From NCBI RefSeq assembly GCF_006345805.1, contig NC_043019.1, positions 18,909,360 through 18,973,359 of the forward strand: DNA of 64,000 bases. Reading direction: 5' to 3'. The DNA comes from Octopus sinensis (lineage: Eukaryota). Shown here piece by piece: positions 11,501-25,798 of this stretch; positions within the stretch are counted from its first letter, which is position 1, and the number at the start of each line of letters is the position of its first letter. The translations under genes and the position numbers were made by a program. The notes beneath the pieces are model-generated. The model had not been told where the DNA came from. It saw only the letters and a list, made by a program, of their open reading frames with translations, and made no database searches.

Positions 11501-13189
11501 TGTGCAACAATAGGTGAATCATTCCTTATTCTATAAATTCCAAGAATTCAACCGTTTAATACCAACCTGCCTGAGGATGCTTTTGGTTTTTAAGTGATCT
11601 GAATTAAAACAATCCATGAAAATTTCATGTGTGCCAAACACCAGCTTCATAACGACAAAATTTCCAAGATTAATTGAAACAGAAATGTGGTAACAGAACC
11701 CATTATCAACTCTGGTGCCTTCATATTTCTAACTTGGGGTCGTTCATGTAACATTTGAAATTGGCTCAATTTGTCCTAATCAGCGGATATTTGTTACCAA
11801 ATTAATGGCAGTTTATTAAATACTCTGACAACAGCAAAAGAATTGCCTGGAATATTTCAAAGATGTTGCGAAACGAAGAGTTATTCATTTCACAACATAC
11901 ATTGATTGTCTTTTTTCGACACAGTAAATACCTGAATGTCTGCTTCATTTACAACGATCTAGAGAAGGACAATAAGATGTAGCGTAAAGTCTTGTTTGCT
12001 TGCATTAAAGCATTCCCAGAGAAAGAGCATGAAAGGGAAAGTAAGAAATTTTGTTAGCATAAAAGGAACTCTTTAACGATCAAGTCTTCCCAACTGTTGT
12101 GTTCTTGCATTTGAAGCCTTCTGTGGTTGCTGTTGTCCTGCAAAAGCAAGAACACGGAACCATTGCAAGTGATGTATGATGTCCTTTTGTTAAAAGGCAG
12201 CTTTCTCAACGCAACCGAGTTTAGTTGAATGCATGATAGGCTGCTAAAGATTGAAGTTGCGTCTAAGACTGCACGGTTCAAAGAAGTATGCTCATGATAT
12301 TTCAAGGTGAAAGTTCACCTGTTTATCCTCAATAAGGTCTAGTTGTGTAATTCATGTGACATTGAGGATGAACAATGCCACACATCTCAGCAGCATTGTC
12401 TTAGATTCCAGTCTAAGATTCAGGTTTATCAATATGAATAAGGAACACCTGCTCCATTGTTTGCACCTGGATTTCTTACTTTCCCTTTCATGCTGTAATC
12501 AGAAAGCATTAAGGCTCTTTCTCTGGGAATGCTTTAATGCAAGCAAACAAGACTTTACGCTACATTTTAAGTATTGTGAAAGAGATTTGCAACTTTTGCA
12601 GGGGGATGTGATTTGGCTGCTATTTCTAATATGTTGATTATGCAGATTGTTATTGGCTTGGATCAGTATGTAAAAGTGTAATGGGTTCAAACTTGCTCCT
12701 AACTCCTTCACCATCACAACAAACAGCAAATGTAGTATATGTGTAAGCCACTGACTTCTTGCTCCCTTTTATGCAGAGGTCATAACAACAGGAGTTATTT
12801 GGACATTCATGTAAGACAGCCTGAGTAGGGTTCACACTTATCAAACATGTTGTCATCCCATATGACACAACAGTCCTAACCCCTTTGCAAATCGCATGCA
12901 TGGCAGAATCCTTCGTTTTGAACGCATGACTAGACACAGACTGACTGAGCTACAGCTATCAGGCCACACTAATTTACTCATCAGTGAAGAGTTCATATTC
13001 ACTTAAGGCAGCTCACTGTATCTGGGGGACTTCAGTACCCCCAGCAGTCAACAGTTGGTCAACCACTGTAGTTTGAATCCAATTTTGCCTCTTCTCCATT
13101 TATTCCAAATCAAATAATTAGAAAAAAAGTTGCTAAACATCTTGGACTCTCATAACCTAAACATTTCATACATGTATATCATCCTCATC

Positions 13190-13990
13190 AGTTTTCCATG
13201 CTGGCATGGGTTGGATGCTTTGACTGAGAGCTGGGGAGCTCTGATTTGTTCTGGTTTCTACAGCTGGATGCCCTTCCAACCACTCCAAGAGTATAAGGGG
13301 TGCTTTTATGTACCACCACCTGCATGGGTGCCAGTTATGAAACACTGGCATCAGCCATAATTACAATCTCGCTTGGCTTGACAGCTCTTCTCAAACACAG
13401 TATATTTATTTCTTTATTGCCCACAGGGGGCTAAACATAGAGGGGACAAACAAATGGTTTAAGTTGATACACCGACTGCAGTGTGTAACTGATACTTATT
13501 TAATCAAGGATGAAAGGCGAAGTCGACCTCGGTGGAGTTTGAACTCAGAACGTAACAGCAGACGAAATACTGCTAAGCATTTCGCCCGGCATGCTAACGA
13601 TTCTGCCAACTCGCCGCTCTCAAGCACAAGTGTGAACCAAAGGTGTCAAATCACTTGTCACTGCCTCTGTGAGGCCCAAGGTTTGAAGGGTGTCAGCTAT
13701 ATGACACCAGCATTGGCCATGACTGATTTCCCTTGGCCTGATGGGTCTTCCCAAGCACAGCATATCGTCCAACGTTTGAACGGTGCTTTTTACGTGCCAT
13801 GGGCATCCACTATGACTGCGATTTCACTTGGTTTGATGGGTCTTCTCAAGCACAGCATATCACCAAAGGCCTCGGTCACTTGTCCTTTGCCTCCACGAGG
13901 CCTGACATCATGCTTCGTCACCTCATCCCATGTCTTCCTAGGTTTACCTCTTGCACAGGTTCCCTCCACCATCAAAGATCAGCATCTCTA
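13190..13990 (-). mobile_element. RTE LINE 3' end fragments and the associated (CAT)n-tailed repeat
   Basis: VEGTCARGKPRKTWDEV is a typical RTE ORF C-terminus. The shared core CCATGCTGGCATGGGTTGGA...GGATGCCCTTCC recurs at about 16730-16920, 21130-21300, 26310-26500, 36200-36900, 48540-48660, 51160-51800, 54540-54780, 57700-57830. Confidence 0.7.
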
Positions 13991-14164
13991 CACACACACA
14001 TGCCAGCATAGAAAACAAATGTCAAATGATAATGATATATGTATATATAAATACATACATGTATTATGTATATAGCTATGTATATATGTGTGTGTGTGTG
14101 TATATATATATATTTATATACTCCACCTGCCTTCGTCTTTTGTTTATTTTCGTAAACTTTCCTG

Positions 14165-14200
<36 letters not shown>

Positions 14201-17021
14201 ATAAATGCGCCCTTTTAAAGCCTAGCCAGGCTCATGGGCCCGGTTTCTGTGGCATATGTGTTCCCCAGCTAGACAGGATGCCAGTCCATCGCAGCGTTAC
14301 TCATTTTTGCCAGCTGAGTGGACTGGAGCAACGTGAAATGAAGTGTTTTGCTCAAGAAAACAATGCGTCGCCCGGTCCAGGAATCGAAACCACAATCTTA
14401 TGATCATGATGCCGACACTCTAACCACTAAGCCACGCGCTCCACACACACACACACATACATATATATGTTTCAAATTTTGGCACAAGGCCAACAGTTTG
14501 AAAAAGGGGTTAAATTGATTACTTTGACTCCAGGCACAAAATTAAGTATTGGGGTCGATTCATTTGACTAAAAGTCCAAGGTGGTGCCCCAGCATGGCCA
14601 TAATCTAATGACTGAAACAAGTAAAAGATAAAAGAGCTACATAATCTATATGCACAGGATGTGATCAGCTAAACAGAACAGTGAGAAGATGTCTACATTC
14701 GTTGTCGATATTACAATTAATGAGAGGCTGCGAGTTGGCAGAGTTATTAATTATTGGCCAGGCAAAATGCTGAGAGACAAAATTCTGGGGAGATCGACTT
14801 AGCTCTTCACCCTTTTGGGTTTGATAAAGTACCAGGTGAGCATTTGGGTTGATGTAATTGACTTACTGCTTGCCCCCTGAAATTGCTGGCCTTGTGCTAA
14901 AATTTGAAACCAATATTACAACCATTTCAAAGATTGATGGAATAAAAAAGAAATTGCTTCTTGAAAAAAAAAATTGCTAAGAGATGGCAAAAGGAAGAAT
15001 TTCTAACCATAAAACTGTCTCGAGTCTGCATCTAACTCATACTGGCTCAGTAAAATGGATGTTAAGTGAACGAGTAAACAATATTGACAAGAACTTTCAT
15101 TGCAAATAGATTTCCTTTGCCTGGAAGTTGTTAAATCTTGCCACATCGTGTTCCCTGATGTCTGCCCATAATCCTTGAAATTACATTTGTTGTTCGAATG
15201 CCCAGTTCAAATTCTTCCAAGACTTCTGTCAACTACAGCTTGAACTTGCATTGGACACAATGTTTTAAAAAGTTAATATCTTCAGTTGCTGTTTCTCAAA
15301 CGAATACTGTGATTATTGGAGTTTAGAGATTCTCATCTGCCATTAAGTGCACGCAGCCAGTCCCTTATTTAGAGAAACCTGAGATATTATAGCATTGTCA
15401 TTTGAGTTAACCATATTTCAATTGGTATCTTAGTTTCATCTATGAGTGAAAGGCAGACGGTATGATGTTTATGTACAAAGTGTAATGTTGCAGGGTAGTA
15501 AAATCTGGGCAGAGAAGATATATGGGGTGTAAAGGTGAGCTTGATGGGATTTGAACTCCAAACATCAAGTCCCAAAATTAAACACAGAATATTTTGTCTG
15601 ATGCCCTTAACAATTCTGCCAATCTAATGGAAGTGTTATTATTAGAAACTTGCATTTGTTTATAAAAAAGCAACAATCACTAAAGACATTGATTTATTAA
15701 AAAATTTATTTATTTTGAATGAAATTTAAAATAAAGTATTAAAGTTATTATTACATGGATTAATTGGTAGATAAGAAATATTTCATTTGCTGTCGAACTG
15801 CTGCTGAGAATTATGGATACAGAGGCAATGAAGAATACTGCGAAGAGAAATGAGATGGAACGGTTGAATAATGTGCTGAGGAAAGATGGAAGGAGTAACG
15901 GAAAGAAATAGAGGAAGAAGAAAACTAAGAAAGACATGGCTAAAGATGGTAGGGGAGGAAAGAAGAGTGAGTGGGGATATAGAGGAAAGGGCGAAAGGAG
16001 GAGATTAGGGTCAGCAGGGTTAACCCTTGCTTTAGCAAGAAAATGGCCTTAAATGCACATTTTTACTTGTTGCTGTAGAAATAAATAATATCCTTATTGG
16101 GAGATGAAGGGGTCACTTTACAGTCTGTTTGTTCCCTCATTGCTTTGCTAAGAGCTTCAGGTTTGGGGTCCTCAGTGCATCCCTGGGCAAGGGTGAAATC
16201 TGTAATTGCACTTCCATGTCATGTGAATGTGGGTGCTCCCTTGGGACACAGGGCAGAGTGGAAACAATGGCACAATATCAAGACACATTCTCAGTGTTCC
16301 CTTTTAAGAAGCGTCACAGACTAGGCTGGTAGGACCCTAACCCTAGTCACTCTGCCTACATAAATATAGGCGTGCATGTTTGCCACCGCCAGAACCAACA
16401 TCCAAACAGCGGGGCTTAGTTGTTGCATCCCAGTATATTTATGTTCTCCCACTGGATCCCTTCCCTCCCACTCTCCTTTTGTAATCTCATAAACTTATCC
16501 ACCCACTCACCCTCTCCAATCTCTGCTCCACTTCATACAGCTCCATGTAACTTGGTGGTTGTGGGGGGGGGGTTACTCCATCCCCATCACATCTACATTT
16601 CTCTCTCCCCACCCAAGGCAGCCATGTTTCCCCTCTAATACAAAACTCCTTTCTCAGCCCCCCCCCCGCACCCCCAATACTACTCCCTCGTCTAAGTTAA
16701 GGGGTTCCATTTTGCAAGTTACTTGGTGACCTCACTGGTGCTGGTGCCACATAAAAAGCACCCAGCTCCACTCTGTAAAGTGGTTAGCATTAGGAAGGTC
16801 ACAGAGCCATGGAAACCATACCAAAGTAGACACAAGGGATTGGTGCAGCCTTCTGACTTGCCAGTTCCTGGTGAACCATCCAACACATGCCAGCATGGAA
16901 AAACGGACGTTAAATGATGATGACACACATTTATACAAGCAACTAGGACCCTGCTCTGTGTGTGTGTGGGGGGAAGAGAACAACCGATGCCAAGACAATA
17001 GTAGACGTCTGTGACTTTGGT

Positions 17022-17223
17022 TCAGATGGTTTGTGCTGGTTGGCATAAGAATCCTTCAGTTATAATTTGTCGGTACAAGGAGATGTATTTGCTACCTTTA
17101 GTCAAGTGTTTAATTAGGAACTGTGTGAGGAAATGTTGTTTGGAAACATCGGCTGCCAAAACACCATTTAATTTCAGGAAACTCATCACGAAACTGAAGC
17201 AGTTATGGTTTTCTTCATGATAT
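17022..17223 (-). CDS. MKRN2OS: MKRN2OS-family protein, terminal coding exon 4
   Basis: gttttacag|A TAT CAT GAA GAA AAC CAT AAC TGC TTC = (R)YHEENHNCFSFVMSFL...KYISLYRQIITEGFLCQPAQTI*. The four exons total 645 nt = 214 aa plus stop. Confidence 0.88.
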
Positions 17224-18464
17224 CTGTAAAACAAAACAACAACAATAAAAAATATGTATTTATGATTAATCCATTTGATAGCCATCCACTTAAGACCACC
17301 ACTCCTGATTTTATGAAACAAACTTTCTGTTTTAAAGTGACCTAAAAACCTTCCTTCAAAATTTTAAGTTCCAAACACCAACTTAATAATGACGAAGTTA
17401 CTTGATTAAATTTTTCATTATTTTCAGAATCAGTTGAAAGAAAGTCAGTGGATTTCAACAGAAAAATGTAAGAAAATGGTTAAATGATTAGGAAAGGCGT
17501 TAAACCTCAACCCTGCTTTTGTATAATGAAGCCAAGTGAGCCTTTGGATGCTTATTTTACACAACAATTCACAAAGTCTACAATAATATTCCTATCCAGA
17601 CACCAACTATTTCCACTTGTCTATATTCTTTCATTCACCCAGTAACACAACACAACACCTTTAGATTTACACATCTACACTGTTTCCATTCCATTTTGTA
17701 GATGTAAATGTATATAATTCTATAGTTCCATTCTAAGTACACTCTACAGAAAAGGACTCCATCTCGTGGGAGACAAATATCATTTAATTACTCTTTTACT
17801 CTCTTTTACTTGTTTCAGTCATTCGACTGTGGCCATGCTGGAGCACCACCTTTAGACACAATTTATGAAAAAGGTACCAATAGTTTCATGATTTTAGAAA
17901 CAATAATTTGGCAGATTTAAATAACATCCCATGAATCTCAAAGCAATCTTTCAGGATGAAGATGCTGGTTTCCTGAATTTTCTTTTCTTTCTTCTCATTC
18001 CACTTTTTGCATTAACATTCTTCACACGCTTTCTTCATCTCCTTTTACCTCGTATTTTCTCATTGATCAGCATCCTGGTTCTTAAATACATCTAATGATA
18101 TGCATCCAACCTGGAAGATTGCTTAGATATACATGGCATGTTATATAAATCTGCTCAAATTATTGTGTCTCTAAAGCATGGAACTATCAGTAGCTCTTTT
18201 TTAAATTGTCTACATTAAATCACACACACACACACATATTTGCCAGCATGTAAGATGGACATGTGATGATGCTGATGATGATGATAACACACACATACAC
18301 TTGAGCTACAAACACATAGATAGACATACATCATGTTACACTACCAGCATACATACAAACATACATAGGCATACATGTATGTGTATATATATATATATAT
18401 ATATCATCTTATGAAGCAAGTTTATGGGCCTAAGAGCCCCACACCAGCTCCTTTGCTTTTCAAG

Positions 18465-19192
18465 GAGTCTTCCACTCTATTTACTAAATCAACAGAAATC
18501 ACAAGTCTCTGAACTCCTAAATCATGAGTCAGTTGTGGCTCCTTAAATTCCATGCCCTCATTAGATGAAGCAATGACATCAATAAGTAAATTGAATCTTG
18601 GTGGGGCACCTGGAAAGGATGGAATTTGTGCTGAGGTCTTGCGATTTGGTATGATTACATCATACAGTCCCTTCATAAAATTATTTGCGTAATCTGGAGG
18701 GATGGTGCAATGCTTAAGGACTGGAAGGATGCAATTATTCTTCCTCTCTTTAAAGGAAAGGGAACCAGAGAAGGGTGTAACAACTACAGAGGTATTGCTC
18801 TACTATCAGCTGCTGGCAAGGTTCTGGCAAATATTCTTCTTATCTGCCTGATAGTAGAGCAATACCTCTGTAGCTGCCACACCCTACTCTGGTTCCCTTT
18901 CCTTTAAAGAGAGGAAGAATAACTGCATCCTTCCAGTCCTTAAGCATTACACCATCCCTCCAGATTACGCAAATAATTTTATGAAGGGACTGTATGATGT
19001 AATCATACCAAATCGCAAGACCTCAGCACAAATTCCATTTTTCCCAGGTGCCCCACCAAGATTCAATTTACTTATTGATGTCATTGCTTCATCTAATAAG
19101 GGCATGGAATTTAAGGAGCCACAACTGACTCATGATTTAGGAGTTCAGAGACTTGTGATTTCTGTTGATTTAGTAAATAGAGTGGAAGACTC
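18465..19192. mobile_element. RTE-clade LINE reverse transcriptase fragment folded back on itself
   Basis: + strand encodes KDWKDAIILPLFKGKGTREGCNNYRGIALLSAAGKVLANIL, a typical pre-RT LINE segment. 18465-18809 is duplicated in inverted orientation at 18848-19192 with a 38-nt spacer. Confidence 0.8.
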
Positions 19193-19214
19193 TATTTTCT
19201 CTGCCTGCATGGGT

Positions 19215-19494
19215 CAGAGTAATCCTCAGCTGCATAAGGACATAGAATTAAATTAAAACAGATGAACACATTAGCATAATTTTACCTAAAACCTCCAAGA
19301 AGGTAAGGAGATAGACCAAGAACATGCGATCTTCACTTCCTGATACCTTAGTAGCTTCTAAGCTGAAGTGAAGACAGTATGTTCTTTGTCTATTTCCTTA
19401 CCTTCTTGGAGGTTTTAGGTAAAATTATACTAATGTGTCCATCACTTTTAATTTAATTAAATTCTATGTCTTTAAGCAGCTGAGGATTGCTCTG
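19215..19494. repeat. Inverted repeat, arms of about 125-130 bp, 25-nt spacer
   Basis: 19215-19339 and 19365-19494 are diverged inverted copies, directly adjacent to the LINE foldback. Confidence 0.75.
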
Positions 19495-19700
19495 CATTTT
19501 AAATTGATGTAATGAGTGCATTGTTCAATCAAATGGAGTTGCTTGAAACGATCATACTGCATTACCTCTGGATATCCTTGTTGCTTTATATAATCTTTAT
19601 TTGTGAATTAAGTGTTAATTCACAAATAACAAAATTATATATCCACCAATGCAGTGTTGAGCACTCCATCCATTGTTTGACATTTACATACACACATACA

Positions 19701-19743
<43 letters not shown>

Positions 19744-19794
19744 GTATATATATGTGTGTGTATCTCTATCTTTCTATCTCCATATATATATATA

Positions 19795-20441
19795 GGGTGT
19801 GGTGAATAGACTGTTGTCTAAATTATGCAAGAATGAAAATAACACTGACATCTCATTTTAGCAGATTTAGTTACCAAAATTACATAAAAATATCTTGAAA
19901 TATTAAAGAGTAAATTTATTTAATAAAATCGTCATTGGTTTCAACCAAGGCTTCCAAATGACTTTGGAATCTCCTGAATGCTGCCATAATCTTTGGCTTC
20001 AGTTCATCTTTGGCGTTGCTAGGAGTTTTGTTGGTCCCTCGCTAAACTGTGCCCCACACAAAATAATCAAGGGGGTTGCAGTCTGGGGATTAAGTGGGTG
20101 ATGTGGTCACAGAAATTGCCTGACAGCCATGACTGGGTTCTCCTGCCTGCTTGGTAAGATGCAGAGTTCTGTTGCTGGACATAGGGTCTCCTAGAAATAG
20201 CAGCCTCAGGTTGCACTGTCCTCAGATTGACATTCAGACACTCTGAAATGTTTTTATTGGAGCTTCTGGTATGAATGCCAAGCAGTACAGCTTGTCATTT
20301 CTCAATTGCATCATGGTGCTGTTTTCCTCACAGACGGTGCCCAACTGACCCTACAATACTGTGTAGTCGACAAAATCAAAAACAATGCACATGTACGAAA
20401 TTAAAAATATAAAATGGCGACAATTTACCCATCACTCACTG
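19795..20441 (-). mobile_element. Degenerate mariner-like transposon remnant
   Basis: Minus strand gives SPDCNPLDYFVWGTV..TNKTPSNAKDELK, the third-catalytic-aspartate region; flanked by TA-rich sequence. Confidence 0.65.
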
Positions 20442-20443
20442 TA

Positions 20444-20475
<32 letters not shown>

Positions 20476-21360
20476 AACCATGAAAATTAGGAGGTATGAG
20501 ATGTGAATGTATTTATCTAACCATTTGATATCCTTAGGATTACAGCTGTTTCACAGGCTTCTTCATGTAGTAACAATTTCAGTGTGGAAGAAATGATGTG
20601 TTTGTATGCATGCTATCCATTATACAATAGAGTTGTATGTTCACAAATCAATAAAGAAAGCAAACTCAGCAAAGCATCACCAAAGCATCAGGGTTAGACC
20701 AACAATTCAACTCAGAAATTGCTTTCATCGTTTCTGGAGTGCCAGTCAAGTTTTATGGTCAATTTATTCAATCAATACTGACGTTCCCCAGATGATGGTT
20801 GAGACACACCTGGGCAAACATTAATATTGCTTGCACTTTAAAAGTGGGTGTAAACCCTAACGACCGCAGTAATCGTCCCTCCTCCCCGTCTCTATTATTA
20901 TCTTTGAAAGACACACGGATGGCATATTGCTACATCTTAAATCCTATAAACCCTTCTTCCTTGTTCTACTGGGCAGACAAGTGTCCCCTGTAAAGGAAGT
21001 TAACTATCCCTGTCCTTCTTTATACTCTATCCTCTCACCTGGCTCACATCCACTTCCCTCACTTCCACTCTCTTTCTCTCTCTCAGCTGAGGGGACTTTG
21101 TTGTGCAAGCTCTTTAGCAATCCTGCTGGTGCCACGTGAAGAGCACTCGGAACACTTTGCAAAGTGGTTAGGGTTATGAAGGGCCTCCAGCGGCAGAAAT
21201 CATGCCAAAACAGACATTTGGAGCCTGGTGCATTCTCTGGCTTCTGAGCTCCTGTCAAAATGGCCAACCCATGCCAGCAAGGAAAACAGACATTAAATGA
21301 TGATGATGGTTTGTGGTGTGGCTGAGGCGAGTGAAGAAACAGTAAAATGGAAGTTATTAC

Positions 21361-21526
21361 CTTTGTGGTACCCAGGTGAGGTCTTGTGAATATCGATCAA
21401 GCTGACCATCCCATTCTGTTTCTAAGACTCTGTTGGTCAACAGATCACTGAAAGAAACAGCAATACAGTGTGTCCAGGACAACGACCCGATTGTGATGCC
21501 ATTTTCATCGTATTCATATACAACAC
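21361..21526 (-). CDS. MKRN2OS: MKRN2OS-family protein, coding exon 3
   Basis: tttttgacag|GVVYEYDENGITIGSLSWTHCIAV...EWDGQLDRYSQDLTWVPQR|gtaata; 166 nt, phases 1/2. Confidence 0.88.
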
Positions 21527-23979
21527 CTGTCAAAAACAAACAAGAAAACAGGTATTTTAACATTGAAGAATTGGGAGTCATTCATTCATTCATTATTATG
21601 TGAGGAGGAGGAAAAGTGGTTCAATGTTGATACTGTGAACTACTAGACCATCATCAGCCAACAAGGAAACCTCTAAAAATCGCTAGAAATAGCAGCCAAA
21701 TTTCCTTCCAAACACACCTACTGTCTCAAGGAGACATCATATTTGAGGCAAAGAGGTGACTGCTTTTAATCAGTCTAAACCCACAAAAAGACAGAAATGG
21801 TCATGGTTGGCATGCCTTCGCTCGTAGGTTTGTTGCAAACCCTAGGACTCACAAGGCCAGAACTTCAACTGGCTTCTGTGCTGCATAAGTGATTGCGATC
21901 ACAACACTCCCTCCTTGGACAAGATGCCAGTCCATCACAGGGTTAACTTCCCTTCTGTTGCTGGAACATATTTACAGGTGAGAGGACTGGAACAACATGT
22001 GCTGCCTGGTCTGGGTATTGAACCCATAATCTTATGGTTGTAAGTGCAACACCCTACCACTAGGCCACATAAGACAACAGAACCAATAATACATAAATGT
22101 TATGATAGAGAAAAGACTAATCTCTTCCAGAATAGAGAAAAGGCTAATCTCTTCCAGAATATCAATTTAGATTCGGATATTGTTTTTTTTATCATTATTG
22201 TATATTGGGTGTGGCAGATGGAATAGGTAAGCATACAGTGCCTATGTTTCCAAGGAAAACTCACTGCAAGTTTCCAATGATTTGTAATTGCAAAGTTAGC
22301 ATTCCTTGTTGTTAAACCTTAGAGTTGTATACAGGCAGCCATCTTATCAGAATCTCCATCCAATTGGATATGGAACGAAATGTGACAGAGGCCGATTAAA
22401 AAAGTCTACTTTGTTGACTGTGTATTATCTGCCCTTGGGTTATTTATACAAGCCACGCTTGAAGCCAACAAACTGCCTCTACTCAAATCATTTTGGATCG
22501 CACTGTTCTATCAATACATGCATGTTTATACATATTTGTGTATCTATGTGTGTATACATACATATATATATATATGTATAAATATGTTTATATATATATA
22601 TATGCATATAAATATATGTGTATCTGTGTGTGTATATATATATAACGTAAAGGAATAGGGATTTGAAATCCAGGCAGGTACCTCATGAGTGCTCTGATAC
22701 AACCTAGAACTAGCTAACAACATTGAATGATAAGGAACATTCAGAACCACTTAAGATAAACAATTAAACCTAAATTCACTTGATAAGTGGTAAACCCTGA
22801 GTTCGTTTCATTGGGTTTCATTCAGTATATACAGAGTATGGAATCAGGGCATCACATAGAAGAATGTAAAATTCTACATCTCCAAAATTGATATATTACA
22901 GTATTATTTTCATAAAATTCCTATCCGACAAGTGTTTTTGCTGGACATTCGGACACTTATCCAGCAGAAACATGTGTTGGAAGTTCTATCTTCTGTTGAG
23001 GCATCTCAGTTGTTCCACTGGATTTGTCAGCAACGGTTTGAATGCTCCAGAGTCAACATTGATGAATGTCACAAGAGTCAAAGCTAGCATATTTTAATCT
23101 CAATCACCACCATCATCATCTTCATCTTCAGTGCAACCACCACCAAGTGTGATACTAGCACTATAGAGGTTATAGTGGCAAGACTAAAGAGTCCTCACTA
23201 CTTCAAGGTGTCTCTGCTAATTTGAGGCAACATAGCTAAGGAGGGAGAGATGGAGAGAGAGAGAGAGAGTGTGTGTGTAAGGGGGTGATGGACGAGGGAG
23301 TATAATGGGAGTAACAGAATAAGAGCATGGAGAGTAGAGGTAGGAGGAGTAGAGACACAGTGATAGTTACATGTTGGTTGTTGGTAAGGACATTGAATAG
23401 AAAAATAGCATAAGCAGCATGGTGGGGCAAAAGAGAGCAATAGGAGGAAGGTAATGGAAGAGGTGGGGCAATGAAAATGGGAGAGAAGGAGACAGAGGCA
23501 TGAGAAAGAGTAATGACTGTCTTCGATTTCTATTAGAATTCTATTCACATCTAAGATTCTTAGTATGAAAGTTTTATTTTACGGACCTCTGAGGAATGAA
23601 AAGCATTTTAAACAAATTTCTTTTTGTAGAGAATCTTTGATAAGTATTGCTTGAAAATCCTTGATAAGTATGCACCTGAGATGGGCTTCCCACAATTTCC
23701 ATCTACCAAATTCACTCATAATGCATTAGTTGGCCTGGGGCTATAGTTGAAGTGATTTTTGAACCCTAAACAATGTTGTTGCTATGCCTGCATTTGTTGG
23801 GTTTTCTTCTGGTTGCTTAAATATCTATTATATAAATGGGATTGTAAGGCTCTGAAATGGTGCTTCCTTCAAAAACAAAAATCTTTTGGAAATTTGTGTC
23901 CCAAGAAGGTTTTGGTAATTAGTAATCAAAAAATATAATTTGCTATGAGAAATAATTCAACATTCAGATCACCAAATCT

Positions 23980-24028
<49 letters not shown>

Positions 24029-24379
24029 TCTGTCTTTTAAGCTTTTCTCACTGTAATCTTCCACCTCTCTCTATATATATTTATCACACTCTCTCTCACT
24101 CTTTCTCTGTATATGTATATTGCTCACACTGAGTGTGTATGCTTGTATGTATGTGTATGTTTGCACATGTATGTGTGTAAGGAATTTCATTAGGGGTGAC
24201 AGAGTTGAAAGACTTGCACAAAGTGTAAGTGGTGAGCTCAAGAGACGCCGAAACAAAGAAGGAATAGACTTGATGGCATGCGAACACGAGCCTCCGTTGC
24301 ATATTCTCAAGACAGACCCAAGCAGACGATGTATTGATCAGATGATAAGCACACAAGGGCCTCTGCCACACAGACTCAG

Positions 24380-24739
24380 GAAGTGATGTCCTGTTTCACT
24401 TCAAATGACATCAGTTTCCAGTGAGTCTTAGTTTTGCCATGACCGTCAACAAATCACATCAGCAAACGTCTGCAGTTGCTGGCTTACCCCTTGAAGAGCC
24501 CCACTTCACCCACATCAGCTTTACAATTGGATGTTCAAGAGTTGCAAGTAAGAAAAATCTTTACATCTATGCACCAAGTGGAAAAAGACTTTGCTTATTA
24601 AGACATCATAAATTGTCTCGAATAATGCAGATATCTGTCCTGTAAACAAACCTGTCTGTCGGGAAAGACACGGTCTGACATGGAATAAAAAATAATTGAA
24701 ATGTGAAAATTGTCTGGTAACAACTGGCTACTCAGCTAG
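24380..24739 (+). mobile_element. Helitron 3' remnant (Pif1 helicase C-terminus and CTAG end)
   Basis: HQFPVSLSFAMTVNKSHQQT..AGLPLEEPHFTH..IGCSRV..KNLYIYAP mirrors the QFP..LAFAMTINKSQGQT..CSRV motif. Ends ...ctcagCTAG followed by T at 24736-24740. Confidence 0.75.
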
Positions 24740-24983
24740 TTTATTATATAAATGACATTTGTAAGATAACAAACTCCGGACACAGACAAAATGGGAGAAC
24801 ATGGTCAAGTAAATGAGCCCCAGTAATTGGCTGGTATGTTATTTTTAACAATGTGGAGTGAAAGAAAGACAAAGGTGGTCTCAGTAGGATTCGAACTTAG
24901 AGCAAACCTGAAATTATTAAAATAGAAACAATTGAAACACTCGATGCGTCCAAGAAAAAAGTTTAATGGAATTGTTGTGTTAC

Positions 24984-25033
24984 CTTTTGAGTCAGTCACA
25001 CCTGTATGGAGGTTGGCAGCATTCTGGTAATCC
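24984..25033 (-). CDS. MKRN2OS: MKRN2OS-family protein, coding exon 2 (50 nt)
   Basis: ttcctgcag|G GAT TAC CAG AAT GCT GCC AAC CTC CAT ACA GGT GTG ACT GAC TCA AAA G|gtaac = (Q)DYQNAANLHTGVTDSK(G), equivalent to the LH-G-T motif. Phases 2/1 fit both neighbours. Confidence 0.88.
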
Positions 25034-25086
25034 CTGCAGGAATGACAAAAGAAAGAAAAATCAATAACAATATATGTGTATATATA

Positions 25087-25248
25087 GGTGCAGGAGTGGA
25101 TGTGTGGTATGTAGCTTACTTACCAACCACATAGTTCTGGGTTCAGTCCCACTGCGTGGCACCTTGGGCAAGTGTCTTCTACTATACTCTCGGGTTGACC
25201 AAATCCTTGTGAGTGGATCTGGTAGAGGGAAACTGAAAGAAGCCTGAC

Positions 25249-25288
<40 letters not shown>

Positions 25289-25475
25289 GTTTGTGTTTGT
25301 CCCCCCACCATTGCTTGACAACCAATGTTGCTGTGCTTACATCCCCATAACTTAGCGGTTAAACAAAAGAGACCTAGGATTACAAAGAATAAGTCCTGGG
25401 GTTGATTTGTTCAACTAAAGGTGGTGCTCCAGCATGGCCCCAGTCAAATAAAAGACTGAAACAAAAGTTAAAGAA
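25087..25475 (+). mobile_element. SINE family A copy 54 bp from MKRN2OS exon 2
   Basis: Colinear with 50113-50522. Confidence 0.8.
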
Positions 25476-25488
25476 TATATATATATAT

Positions 25489-25565
<77 letters not shown>

Positions 25566-25763
25566 GTGAAATAGAAAGATGAATAATCTTGTAGTAGATT
25601 AATCAAAAGTTTAACCGATACCTTAGTAGCAAAAATCACAGCAGTAAACAGCACGGTTGGAGGTACAACCATCTGGCGTTGCAACCGTGCGTTGGTGCGG
25701 ATAATTGAAATTAAAACATTATCTTCAATTCACCAATAATGTTTTATATATATATATATATAT

Positions 25764-25798
<35 letters not shown>

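Noticed and set aside
12054-12937. Possible hAT transposase remnants
   Set aside because: Only faint motif resemblance (DNAAEMCG); not enough to support a call.
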